DNA of 36,248 nucleotides, taken from positions 1-36,248 of the forward strand of contig PBSN01000020.1 in assembly GCA_002726235.1 (NCBI GenBank), written 5' to 3'. This DNA is from Nitrospiraceae bacterium (GTDB lineage: Bacteria > Nitrospirota > Nitrospiria > Nitrospirales > UBA2166). Below the pieces are notes generated by a model. The model was not told the DNA's origin. It saw only the letters and a program-made list of their open reading frames with translations, and ran no database searches. The first letter of the stretch is position 1. Each line of letters begins with the position of its first letter. Both the position numbers and the translations under genes were made by a program. This document shows positions 18,786 through 28,685 of the stretch, piece after piece.

Positions 18786-20069
18786 TCAAAAAAACCCCAT
18801 TTTATTTTGCTTTGATTCTACAACTGAAGATAAGTCATGGCTAGGCCATTGGCGTGCTTTTAGAGCACACTGAATCCACGGAAGCAGTGCAAATGCGGGC
18901 AGTGCAATAAAAAACGTTAGCGTGAAATAGGTCGAGTATCCAAGATTCTCTGCGCCCCAACCAGAAAACATTCCGGAGATCGATCGGCTAAACCCGAACA
19001 ACGCACTGAGCAGTGCAAACTGTGTTGCAGCATGTGTTTTGTCGCACAGGCGCATGAGCAATGCCATAAAGGGAGCCGTTCCTAATCCTGCGGTGAGTGA
19101 TTCACTGACTGATGCCATATACATTAACGATATGCTTGCAGGCATGGCCGCGACGCCTGCGTACACCAAATTAGATCCCGCTTGTAGCAACCCGAATACC
19201 CACAAGGCAGTAAAAATCCCCCATCGGCTGGTATAGATGCCTCCAATCATTGCCCCGGCGATGGTGCAGATAACACCAACAGTTCCTGGAACCAAACCAA
19301 TCTGAATTGGTGTAAATTCTTGATCGACCCAGAATGGCTTGACCATTGGTCCCATTGCCATATCCCCTAACTTAAACGCAAGGATAAAAAGCATGACGAA
19401 TACAAAGCCTGGCATGGCAGACAGCTGTCGAAGGGGTGAGACGACGGCGTCTGTGACGGTATGCATTTGTCGTCGTGTGAATTGTGGTATCGGTGCCTTG
19501 GCGCAGATCATTGCATAGACTCCGATCATGAAAGCTGTTCCAAGAAACGCCCAGTTCCACCCGGTCAATCCAGCGATGACGATGAATAATCCACCGGATC
19601 CAATAAGTGCGACGCGATACGCGGCCACGCGTATACCGTTCGCAATTCCGAGTTGTTTTTCGTCGAGAAGCTCAATTGTATAGGCGTCAATTGCGATATC
19701 TTGTGTTGCTGACAGCACCGCGAGTATGACCAACAGAATCCATATTGTTGGCATTGAGGATTCTGGATGAACGGCAATGAATGCTGCGATGCACATCGCC
19801 AGCAAACATTGGCATGAGACAATCCATGATCGACGTTGGCCAAGTGCGTCGACGGCTGGTGCCCAGAATACTTTAAAGGTCCACGCTAAACCTGCTGCAC
19901 TCATCAGGCCTATTTCTTGTAGGCTGACGCCATGAATCCGGAAATACACTGGCATGGCATCGAAGAACAGGCCAAATGGAAACCCTTCTGCAAAGTACAG
20001 AATTCCGACCCAGAGAAATGCGCTTTGCGTGGTGCTGGACGAAAACAGCTTAGGAATGAGCGCTGTCAC
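18786..20069 (-). CDS. ampG: AmpG-like MFS permease
   Basis: YFAEGFPFG, WTFKVFWAPAVD, SATQDIAIDAY, ATQFALLS; multiple hydrophobic segments. Confidence 0.8.
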   Translation of the reverse strand: MTALIPKLFSSSTTQSAFLWVGILYFAEGFPFGLFFDAMPVYFRIHGVSLQEIGLMSAAGLAWTFKVFWAPAVDALGQRRSWIVSCQCLLAMCIAAFIAVHPESSMPTIWILLVILAVLSATQDIAIDAYTIELLDEKQLGIANGIRVAAYRVALIGSGGLFIVIAGLTGWNWAFLGTAFMIGVYAMICAKAPIPQFTRRQMHTVTDAVVSPLRQLSAMPGFVFVMLFILAFKLGDMAMGPMVKPFWVDQEFTPIQIGLVPGTVGVICTIAGAMIGGIYTSRWGIFTALWVFGLLQAGSNLVYAGVAAMPASISLMYMASVSESLTAGLGTAPFMALLMRLCDKTHAATQFALLSALFGFSRSISGMFSGWGAENLGYSTYFTLTFFIALPAFALLPWIQCALKARQWPSHDLSSVVESKQNKMGFF

Positions 20070-20674
20070 TTGAATGGCGAAGGGTGAATTTTAAATTCAT
20101 CCTTCAAGTATTGGTATGCCTCAATGAGTTTTCGAAGTAACGGCTCTGCACTTCGGTCGCCGCCACGAGTATCAGGATGAAGGTCCCTGATTTTATTTCT
20201 AAAGGTTGTGGTGATTTCACGTTGACTGGTTCCAGGCACGAGGCCTAGGGTCTCATAAGCCTCGGACAAGGAGTTGATTTCACTGCGCATTTCATCCGAA
20301 TTTCCATCTTTCCCTCCGGTTGTCTTGGTGAAGAAATCGAACAGGGATGGTTTTCGCCTGCGTCTGTGACGATGTCCGCGCATTTCGGAATCCAAGTCGT
20401 CAAACTGCTCTTCGATATAATCCAAACGCCTTTCAAGATGTCTCAATTCTGACAAATTACTCGAGACTTCTAGTTCGTCAACAATTACGCTGACGACACG
20501 CAGGATATCTTCAACTTTTGATTCAATGCGTAGGTACTCATCCACGCGATCATGGAATAGATGCTCAAGTCCATAATTCAGGCTTTGTTCAATATGCCCG
20601 TAGAAGATTTTGGTGCGGCGGTTCAGGCGCTTCTGGATTTCCGAGAGAGGAAGCTGTCCGGCGTATTTTGGCAT
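20066..20674 (-). CDS. Coiled-coil protein with a C-terminal J-domain
   Basis: AYETLGL...FRNKIRDLHPD...LIEAYQYL; GTGA overlap with ampG. Confidence 0.85.
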   Translation of the reverse strand: MPKYAGQLPLSEIQKRLNRRTKIFYGHIEQSLNYGLEHLFHDRVDEYLRIESKVEDILRVVSVIVDELEVSSNLSELRHLERRLDYIEEQFDDLDSEMRGHRHRRRRKPSLFDFFTKTTGGKDGNSDEMRSEINSLSEAYETLGLVPGTSQREITTTFRNKIRDLHPDTRGGDRSAEPLLRKLIEAYQYLKDEFKIHPSPFK

Positions 20675-20704
20675 TCACCTAATCACTTTGTGAATTGAAG
20701 GTAG

Positions 20705-21169
20705 TTATTTCGCTTGAACAATAAGTTCAAGCTCTATGGGGGAATTTAATGGTAATTCGGCGGCTCCCAAGGCAAGGCGGGCATGACGTCCGATATCTCC
20801 GAATACGTCGACAAGAAAATCAGAGGCACCATTGACAACCTGAGGCTGTTGGGTAAATCCTGGTGCCGAGGCGACATGACCACATACTCTTACGACTCTG
20901 GCGACCTGATTCAAGCTACCCAACTGTTTTTTAATCGAGGCCAGTGCCACAATTGCCGTAAGCTTGGCGGCTTCGTATCCCTCTTCAACTGCAACGTCGG
21001 CTCCAAGCTTGCCTTCATAGGCAAGTTTTCCACCACGAAGTGGAAGGATGCCACTTAGAAACAGGAGGTTCCCGGATAACACGGCTGGGACATAACTCCC
21101 CAATGGGGAAGGAGGGGCGGGGAGTACGATCCTTAAGCGCTTGATGGCTTCGTCAGGACGTTCGACGAT
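20705..21169 (-). CDS. RidA/YjgF family protein; start uncertain (first canonical start is TTG 21103, family-like sequence extends to about 21169)
   Basis: LPAPPSPLGSYVPAV, LFLSG.LP, VVNGASD, GRHARLALG..ELP. Confidence 0.85.
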   Translation of the reverse strand: MVERPDEAIKRLRIVLPAPPSPLGSYVPAVLSGNLLFLSGILPLRGGKLAYEGKLGADVAVEEGYEAAKLTAIVALASIKKQLGSLNQVARVVRVCGHVASAPGFTQQPQVVNGASDFLVDVFGDIGRHARLALGAAELPLNSPIELELIVQAK

Positions 21170-22163
21170 TGGGCCTCTTTTGATATTGATACACGGCTCG
21201 TGAATGCTCAGCTAACGTACTTGAGAAATGGTGGGTCCCGTTGTTCTTCGAGACAAAGTAGAGGTATGGTACCGGGGCTGGATGCAGCGCGGCCATAATC
21301 GATGCCCACCCTGGGTTGGCAATAGGGCCTGGCGGGAGTCCGCGGACCCGGTACGTGTTATAGGGAGAATCATATTGCAGGTCTGGCTTCCGAAGGTTTC
21401 CATCAAAGGAGGGCAATGCATAAATCACTGTGGGATCACTCTGTAGGGGCATTCCGCGTTTCAGTCGATTATGAAACACCGCTGAGATTAGTGCCCGCTC
21501 CTCCCCCGCTCCCGTCTCTTTTTCGATGATGGACGCAAGGGTGAGTACCTCCAGCGTACTTAGCCCGCGCTCACGCGCCTGTTGCTGAATTTCGGGTGTG
21601 TATACCTGCTGAAATTGTTCTACCATGACTTGAATGATGTCGCGTGGAGACGTGCCATGGTGAAAGCGATAGGTATCTGGAAAAAGAAAGCCTTCGAGGG
21701 TATCCCCTTCGATACCCAACGTGCGTCTAACCTCGGTATCATGTGCAGTCTGCACAAATCGTGTGGCCGTTGTGATGCCGACCTCTTCGAGGAGATTCCC
21801 AATCTGCTGCATCGAATACCCTTCCGGGATGGTGACCCAGTAGGGAATCGTCTGGCCGGTTGCGAGCACATTGAGAATGGTCGAGGGAGCCATGTGGCTG
21901 TTCAGGTCATATTTTCCTGGATGAATCTGCTCCTCGACTCCCATGAGCTTTCCAAGCGCCACGAAGGCAACATGATGAGGGATTAAGCCCGTCTCCGAGA
22001 TCTGACTCGCAACCTGCCGGAAACTTGCGCCTTTCTCAACCGTGATGGTTGTATGGACAGCATTGCCATTGTTCTCCTGAGCTGGAAGGAACACGATACG
22101 GATGCCATACAACGCAACGGATAAACATACAATCACGATGAGAGAGACGCTCCATCTGCTCAC
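21153..22163 (-). CDS. mltG: Endolytic transglycosylase MltG
   Basis: N-terminal TM segment, TIPEG, LEGFLFPDTY, LASIIEKE, LQSDPT, SPYNTY, GLPPGPIANPG. Confidence 0.95.
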   Translation of the reverse strand: MSRWSVSLIVIVCLSVALYGIRIVFLPAQENNGNAVHTTITVEKGASFRQVASQISETGLIPHHVAFVALGKLMGVEEQIHPGKYDLNSHMAPSTILNVLATGQTIPYWVTIPEGYSMQQIGNLLEEVGITTATRFVQTAHDTEVRRTLGIEGDTLEGFLFPDTYRFHHGTSPRDIIQVMVEQFQQVYTPEIQQQARERGLSTLEVLTLASIIEKETGAGEERALISAVFHNRLKRGMPLQSDPTVIYALPSFDGNLRKPDLQYDSPYNTYRVRGLPPGPIANPGWASIMAALHPAPVPYLYFVSKNNGTHHFSSTLAEHSRAVYQYQKRPNRRTS

Positions 22164-22606
22164 GTATCCACCTCGTCTCTTTGTGGGGTATCTAGGCTGT
22201 CGAGATAGCTCTGTAGAATAAGTACGGATGCCACCTGATCAATCACTTTCGTACGTTGTGGGCGGCTGCGTGTAGTCTCTTGGAGAATGCGTGTCGCCAT
22301 CACTGTCGTTAAGCGTTCATCCCAGGGAACAATTGTAACATTGAGCTTTGCGCCCAATTCGTCAATGAATTTGATGACCCGCTTTGCAGATGTTCCGAGA
22401 TCCCCATTCATATGCTTTGGGAGTCCAATTGCAATGGTCTCAATGGCGTAAGTATGGACCAAGCCTTTGACATAATCTATATCTTCCGCACGCGAGCGTC
22501 GGTGGTATGTTTCAACGGGGTGAGCCATTAGCCCGAGTTCGTCACTTACGGCCACGCCAATACGTTTCTCACCGTAATCGAGTCCCAACATTCGCTTCAT
22601 TGCCAA
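22160..22606 (-). CDS. ruvX: YqgF/RuvX pre-16S rRNA nuclease; ATG 22600 is an alternative start
   Basis: LGLDYGEKRIGVAVSD, GLPKHMNG, WDERLTT, IDQVASVLILQSYLD. Confidence 0.95.
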   Translation of the reverse strand: MAMKRMLGLDYGEKRIGVAVSDELGLMAHPVETYHRRSRAEDIDYVKGLVHTYAIETIAIGLPKHMNGDLGTSAKRVIKFIDELGAKLNVTIVPWDERLTTVMATRILQETTRSRPQRTKVIDQVASVLILQSYLDSLDTPQRDEVDT

Positions 22607-22612
22607 ACCGTT

Positions 22613-25282
22613 TTACGTCGTTGGTGCCTTGGGTTCAACAGCCTCTTGGATTATACGATCCAATTCTTCGCCAAGAACCCAGTCAAGCTTATCCGCATTT
22701 TTTCCACCTGCTTGGCCCATTTCCGGCTTTCCCCCACCTCGCCCATCAATAAACGGTGCTAATGCTTTAACTAGCTGTCCTGCATGGAAATTTGGAACAA
22801 GATCTTTCGATACTCGTACGAGGAGTGCAATGTTTTCATCATCGGTCGACGCGAGAGCTATGATTCCAGATTTTATTTGTGCGAGATACGCATCGGAGAG
22901 GGTTCTAAGATCTGCCTGGGTCGCTTTTTCCACCTTCTGAGAACACACCTGAATTGTGTTGATCGTTCGGACTTGTGCTGAATCCGCTTGTATCTTGGTT
23001 GAGGACAGGCGTTGCCGGAGGGTTTCGACAATTTCTTCTTTTTCCTTCACCAACCCCACGATCTTTTTAGCTTTGGAGAGAAGATCTGCAGGTGAGGTTT
23101 TCAGAATAGATGCGAGTTCACGAAGTTCATTACTCCTAGTTTTGGCATAATCGTCAGCCCCCTGTCCAGTGACCGCTTCGAGACGGCGAACTCCAGCGGC
23201 AATGCCTGTTTCATTGATGAGCCTGAAGGCGCCAATGTCTCCAGTACGCTTGCAGTGCGTCCCGCCACACAACTCCTTACTGGCGTCGCCGATTTTCACC
23301 ATTCTGACCTTTTCGCCGTACTTGTCTCCGAAAAAGGCTAAAGCGCCACGAGCAATGGCCTCATCTTTGCTCATTTCTTGAGGCTGAACGGCAATGTTTT
23401 CACGAATCCATTCATTGACCAGATGTTCGGCATCATCGCGTTCGCTTTCCGTCAACGGTGCTATATGGGAGAAATCAAAGCGCAGTCGATCAGGGGCAAC
23501 CAATGAACCAAGCTGTTTCGCATGTGTTCCAAGAATTTCGCGCAATGCGGCATGGAGAAGGTGAGTTGCGGTATGGTTTCGCATCGTATCAAAGCGGGTT
23601 GTGCGATTGACAACTGCTTGAACTGCGTCGTTGACGCGAATTCGACCATGCGTGACGCATCCCTGATGCACGCTCAACGAGGGAATAGGTTGCCAGGTGT
23701 TTGAGACATTCATGGCGCCCCCAGAACAACGAATGACTCCTTGATCGCCAACTTGCCCTCCTCCTTCAGCGTAGAAGGGTGTCTGGTTGAGCAAAACCTC
23801 AACGGAGTCTCCGGTCTCGGCTTCATCGACGAGTTGCCCATCTTTAATCAGAGCCACCAGCGTCTCAGTCGTTTCCAACCGGCTGTGATCGGTAGAGTCC
23901 AGCAGATTTTGGAGTCCTGGAATTTCTCCGACTTCCCTATATACCGCTTTGACCGTTGTTTTTCCAAAGCCTCCAGCTTCTCGTGCGCGTTGTCGTTGCG
24001 TATCGAGATGAGCGTGGAATCCTGCTTTGTCGACGGTCAGGTTATTATCGGTGGCGACATCCGCAATAAGATCGAGGGGAAACCCATAAGTGTCGTAGAG
24101 CTTGAATATCGTCTCGCCGGGAATGACCGTGTCTCCCGTGGATGTGACGGATGTAATGATCTGATCCAAAATCCGTAAGCCTTCGTCGAGCGTAGCAATA
24201 AAACGTTCTTCTTCCACTTTCGTGGTTTTCACAATGACGGTACTGGACGAATGAAGTTCAGGGTATGGCTCACCCATCGATTGAACAACTGTCGGAATGA
24301 TAGCATGGAGAAACGGTTTCTGAATCCCGAGTAGCCTTCCATGCCGCGCGGCACGTCTCAGGATACGACGGAGTACATATCCTCGACCTTCATTGGATGG
24401 TAGAACGCCATCCGTGATGAGAAATGCGATTGCCCTGAGGTGGTCAGCGATGACCTGCATTGATCGGTCGGTCTTGAGATCTTTGCCATAGCTTACAGAT
24501 GCACGTTCTCCGATGGTCATTAGCGTTTCACGAAACACATCGGTTGCGTAGTTATTGTTGGTTCCTTGTAACGCTGCCGCGAGACGCTCTAATCCCATTC
24601 CGGTATCGATGCTGGGCGCTGGAAGAGGGTGAAGCTTTCCGGTTTTATCGCGATCGTATTGCATGAATACTAGGTTCCAGATCTCAAGAAAGCGATCGCA
24701 GGAGCACCCAATCTTACAAGTCGGCTTGCCACAACTCATGGCTGGCCCTTGATCCAAATGGATCTCTGAACAGGGTCCACATGGACCAGTATCGGCCATT
24801 TGCCAGAAATTATCCTTCTCATCTAAGCGAGAGATTCGGGATGAATCGAGGCCAATCTTTTGGTGCCAGATGTTATATGCTTCGTCGTCGTCAAGAAAGA
24901 CCGTTACTAGAAGCTTGTCTTTTGGAAGCCCTACCTGCTTGGTTAAAAATTCCCACCCATACGCAATGGCATCTGACTTAAAATAGTCCCCAAAAGAAAA
25001 GTTCCCAAGCATTTCGAAAAAGGTATGGTGTCGCCCGGTCAATCCTACCTGTTCAAGGTCATTGTGTTTTCCACCCGCACGAATACACCGCTGTGACGAT
25101 ACTGCACGTGAATATCTACGCGTCTCTTCTCCAAGAAACACACTCTTGAATGGCACCATGCCTGCGTTAGTGAATAGTAACGAGGGATCCGCTTGAGGAA
25201 TCAGGGAGGCACTGGGAACGACGGTGTGATTTCGCTCAGAAAAATAACTGAGGAATTGAGCGCGAAGTTCGGTGGAGGTCAT
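22613..25282 (-). CDS. alaS: Alanine--tRNA ligase
   Basis: LLFTNAGM, HHTFFEMLGNFSFGDYFK, editing motifs HTATH and ELCGGTH, GRGGG C-Ala domain. Confidence 0.99.
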   Translation of the reverse strand: MTSTELRAQFLSYFSERNHTVVPSASLIPQADPSLLFTNAGMVPFKSVFLGEETRRYSRAVSSQRCIRAGGKHNDLEQVGLTGRHHTFFEMLGNFSFGDYFKSDAIAYGWEFLTKQVGLPKDKLLVTVFLDDDEAYNIWHQKIGLDSSRISRLDEKDNFWQMADTGPCGPCSEIHLDQGPAMSCGKPTCKIGCSCDRFLEIWNLVFMQYDRDKTGKLHPLPAPSIDTGMGLERLAAALQGTNNNYATDVFRETLMTIGERASVSYGKDLKTDRSMQVIADHLRAIAFLITDGVLPSNEGRGYVLRRILRRAARHGRLLGIQKPFLHAIIPTVVQSMGEPYPELHSSSTVIVKTTKVEEERFIATLDEGLRILDQIITSVTSTGDTVIPGETIFKLYDTYGFPLDLIADVATDNNLTVDKAGFHAHLDTQRQRAREAGGFGKTTVKAVYREVGEIPGLQNLLDSTDHSRLETTETLVALIKDGQLVDEAETGDSVEVLLNQTPFYAEGGGQVGDQGVIRCSGGAMNVSNTWQPIPSLSVHQGCVTHGRIRVNDAVQAVVNRTTRFDTMRNHTATHLLHAALREILGTHAKQLGSLVAPDRLRFDFSHIAPLTESERDDAEHLVNEWIRENIAVQPQEMSKDEAIARGALAFFGDKYGEKVRMVKIGDASKELCGGTHCKRTGDIGAFRLINETGIAAGVRRLEAVTGQGADDYAKTRSNELRELASILKTSPADLLSKAKKIVGLVKEKEEIVETLRQRLSSTKIQADSAQVRTINTIQVCSQKVEKATQADLRTLSDAYLAQIKSGIIALASTDDENIALLVRVSKDLVPNFHAGQLVKALAPFIDGRGGGKPEMGQAGGKNADKLDWVLGEELDRIIQEAVEPKAPTT

Positions 25283-25399
25283 GGGTCAGTTAGCGATGAG
25301 CGGTCAGTTTGTCAAGATACCAGAACGGTCTTCCGGGTTGCATCGAGATGAGTTCATTGGTTTTTGCGGAATGCTCACCGCTAATCACTGATCGCCGTT

Positions 25400-26443
25400 T
25401 TATTCGTTTTGAGCCACAGTTTGGCGGATGCTGTGTTCGATCTCTGTAGCAAAATCAGTGTGGGTTTTGAGGAATGTTCGTGCCGCGTCTCTACCTTGCC
25501 CAATACGTTCATCTTTGTATGAGTACCAGGCCCCACTTCGGGCAACGATTTGTTTTTCAACGCCCAAATCGATCAACTCTCCAGTTTTTGAAATGCCTTG
25601 GTTAAACAAGACATCAAATTCCGCCTGCCTGAACGGAGGCGCAACTTTATTTTTGATGACTTTGACCCGTACGCGGTTGCCTATCACAGTTTGCCCATCT
25701 TTGATCGTTTCTATGCGGCGAATATCCAATCGAACTGAGGCATAGAACTTTAGTGCGTTTCCTCCAGTTGTAGTTTCAGGGCTTCCGAACATCACCCCGA
25801 TTTTCATGCGAATCTGGTTGACGAAGATTACCATGGTGTTTGATTTCGCGATGGCCCCGGTTAGCTTTCGTAGTGCCTGTGACATTAAGCGAGCTTGGAG
25901 ACCCATTTGGGGATCACCCATTTCACCTTCGATCTCTGAGCGTGGCACGAGTGCAGCGACAGAATCAATCACCACAATGTCCACCGCTCCACTTCTAACC
26001 AACATTTCGGCAATATCGAGCGCTTGTTCCCCGGCATCTGGCTGCGAGAGGAGCAGATCATCAGTTTTTACGCCCAAGACTCGCGCATATTTGAGATCCA
26101 AAGCATGCTCTGCATCAATGAATGCGGCGGTTCCTCCAGCGCGTTGGGCTTCAGCGATGGTATGGAGCGTTAACGTCGTTTTTCCAGAGGACTCTGGACC
26201 GAAAATTTCTACTACCCGCCCGCGCGGGAGTCCGCCAATGCCTAGCGCAATATCAAGGCCAAGTGAACCTGTCGAAATGGCTGAAACCGTCGCGAGCTTC
26301 TCTGTGTTGCCTAGCCGCATAATCGATCCTTTTCCATACTGTTTCTCGATTTTGGACATCGCAACAGCCAAAGCCTCCGCTTTCGGAGTTTTTTCAGAAC
26401 CCTGAGTGGATATTGCTTTTCGCTCTTTCACTTTTTCGGCCAC
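25400..26443 (-). CDS. recA: Recombinase RecA
   Basis: [33 protein letters not shown]; spacing from AAGGAG favours GTG 26443 over TTG 26449. Confidence 0.99.
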   Translation of the reverse strand: MAEKVKERKAISTQGSEKTPKAEALAVAMSKIEKQYGKGSIMRLGNTEKLATVSAISTGSLGLDIALGIGGLPRGRVVEIFGPESSGKTTLTLHTIAEAQRAGGTAAFIDAEHALDLKYARVLGVKTDDLLLSQPDAGEQALDIAEMLVRSGAVDIVVIDSVAALVPRSEIEGEMGDPQMGLQARLMSQALRKLTGAIAKSNTMVIFVNQIRMKIGVMFGSPETTTGGNALKFYASVRLDIRRIETIKDGQTVIGNRVRVKVIKNKVAPPFRQAEFDVLFNQGISKTGELIDLGVEKQIVARSGAWYSYKDERIGQGRDAARTFLKTHTDFATEIEHSIRQTVAQNE

Positions 26444-27188
26444 CGTCAACTCCTTTTTATGTGTTTCGAGTACCCGCTTGGATTACTCCTCTTTTTCCTC
26501 ATGACAGTGTGTTGTGGTGCCAGACTCTTCTCCTATGCCCATATGCGCTTTAGGTTTGTACCCCTTTTAGTCCTGAGCCGGATATTGAGGCAACCTGAGT
26601 CGTTACCATATAGTGAGGTTTTCACAACAGAATATGATGTCGCTTTCAGGGAAGAGTGCCTTTTGCCAAGAAAGAATAGATTATGGCAGAAAAAGAATTG
26701 CAATCCAAGCCGGGGATATAACGATAAATGATGGTTCAAATGGAGGGGGGGCAAAGAGCGAAGCAGGCGCATCCCATAAGCATTTTGGTCATAAGGAGAG
26801 GCCAATCGTATCCCGTGAGTTGCGGCTCCTTGGTCACATCGTCCCACGTTCTTTTGTCGCGCCTTGTTCTAGCTTCACATTGGGGCTTCCAATAGTAATT
26901 GTTGTGTTCGTGATGGGTTCTAGGGAACTCGTTTTATCAGCGGTTGCTTAGCCTGACCTTATGGCCGCTTCGTTCCGACAATGTTTGATGTGCCATGATG
27001 CCAAAATTTACCGGATTATTCAGAAGCTATTGCTAGAGGCCCAGGCGGTTTGAATGCCTCCACGAAGTGCCTAACTAGACCAGTGACTTGCATCTCTTCA
27101 AGTGGACAAGGACAGCAACGTTATGGTAGAAAAACGGATGCTCATCAGGCATCTTACGGAACATCCACAGGCTCGCTGAAGGAGTAGG

Positions 27189-27944
27189 ATGGCCGTAATA
27201 CTGAGTAGCGGCGTAAGCATTAAAGAGCAAATCGCGTTGCTTGTTGAGCTCCAAGAGGTTGACATGGCTATCTCGGGTCTCCATGAACAGAAGACCCACC
27301 TTCCAAAAATTCCTGATTCTATCAGGCAGTTGCTTCAGCAGGCAAAACAAGGAATGATCGAGGCTGCGAATCTTCAGGAGGAGGTTCAGTCATCTTGGAA
27401 GAGCCTTGAAAGCGACCTTGAAGAGCAGGAGAAGAGCATTCAAAAATCTAAGGGCCGACTGAGCGAGTTAAAAACCAACAAGGAATACCAAGCTCATCTC
27501 TTTGAAATAGACTTGGCGGGGAAAAAACGAAGCCAAGTCGAGGAACGACTCCTCCTCATCATGGATCGCGCTGAAGCGGTTGATCAGCAGGTTTTGAAAG
27601 CAAAAGAAGAGATAGGACGGCAGGAGGCCGCACTCGAAGCGTCATTGATCAAGATTGAAGTGGATGAGGCTGACATTGACCGGGATTTAGAAGTGCTTTT
27701 GCACTCGCAGAAACAGCTTATCCCACAATTAGACGAGGCATTGCTCAAGCAATATGAACAGGTGCGCTCGTCACACTCGGGTCGTCCCATGGTTTCCGTT
27801 CACGGGGGTGCCTGCTCAGGCTGTCAACTCCAAGTTCCTCCGCAATTGGTTGCGGAGGTCAGACGCGGGGAGGCATTGCATGTATGTTCTCACTGCCAGC
27901 GGTTCTTGTTTTGGCCGCGAGAGCAAGAGCCTGACGCGAAATAG
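27189..27944 (+). CDS. Coiled-coil protein with C4-type zinc ribbon (DUF164/zf-RING_7, CT398-like)
   Basis: LVELQEVD, KTNKEYQA, CSGC...CSHCQRFL; typical neighbour of rnpB. Confidence 0.9.
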   Translation: MAVILSSGVSIKEQIALLVELQEVDMAISGLHEQKTHLPKIPDSIRQLLQQAKQGMIEAANLQEEVQSSWKSLESDLEEQEKSIQKSKGRLSELKTNKEYQAHLFEIDLAGKKRSQVEERLLLIMDRAEAVDQQVLKAKEEIGRQEAALEASLIKIEVDEADIDRDLEVLLHSQKQLIPQLDEALLKQYEQVRSSHSGRPMVSVHGGACSGCQLQVPPQLVAEVRRGEALHVCSHCQRFLFWPREQEPDAK

Positions 27945-28177
27945 CATGAACATATTAGCCAAGGCAATTGTGGAGTAGGCCTAGGGGAGAAGCGCGCTTG
28001 GACTCGGAGCATGGGACTGACGTCGGCGAAGTCTACAATTGGCCATGCTATTTCGTGACGAGTCCTTGCAGATGTGCTAGATGGAAAGACGGGCATAATC
28101 CAGCAGGGGAGACGTAACCCTGATAGCTGGCAAGTGACAACGCCATGCCAGCGGGATTAGCGGGTATTACGAGATAT

Positions 28178-28574
28178 GGTGAGGAGGCTGGACGGTTGCG
28201 CTTCATGGTTTATCATGGAGGGAGGAAAGTCCGGACTCCACGGGCAGGGGTGCTGGGTAACGCCCAGGCGGAGCGATCCGACACCTGCGCCACAGAGAAC
28301 ATACCGCCGATGGGTGGGAAAAGCATTTCCCATCACAGGTAAGGGTGAAATGGCGAGGTAAGAGCTCACCGCGTTTGTGGTAACACAAACGGCACGGCAA
28401 GCGTCACCCGGAGCAAGACCAAATAGGAGGGAAGCTTGGATAAGAGGCTGGCCCAGCCATTCCCTCGGGTAGGTCGCTAGAGACCCGAAGCAATTCGGGT
28501 TCAAGAGAAATGGCCGTCACTGTCCTGAGGTAGACTCACGACGGAACAGAATCCGGCTTATAGGCCTCCTCACC
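28178..28574 (+). ncRNA. rnpB: RNase P RNA, bacterial class A
   Basis: GAGGAAAGTCCGGACTCC, GGGTAACGCCC, AAGGGTGAAA, GAGCAAG, ACAGAATCCGGCTTA; P1 ends GGTGAGGAGGC / GCCTCCTCACC are complementary. Confidence 0.95.
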
Positions 28575-28685
28575 TAATTCTTTAGTCTCATGCCGGGAAA
28601 TGTTTTACGAAGCCCAGTTTTAATCACAACATTGCGGTGAGGAGGAGGAGCAACGGAAAAGGAACCCGTTGCTGACAATGAGAGA

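Noticed and set aside
26459..26951. ORFs 26459-26731, 26533-26847 and 26613-26951
   Set aside because: They overlap each other, lack motifs and have no convincing SD
28145..28504. ORFs overlapping 28145-28504 on both strands
   Set aside because: They lie within rnpB and are spurious
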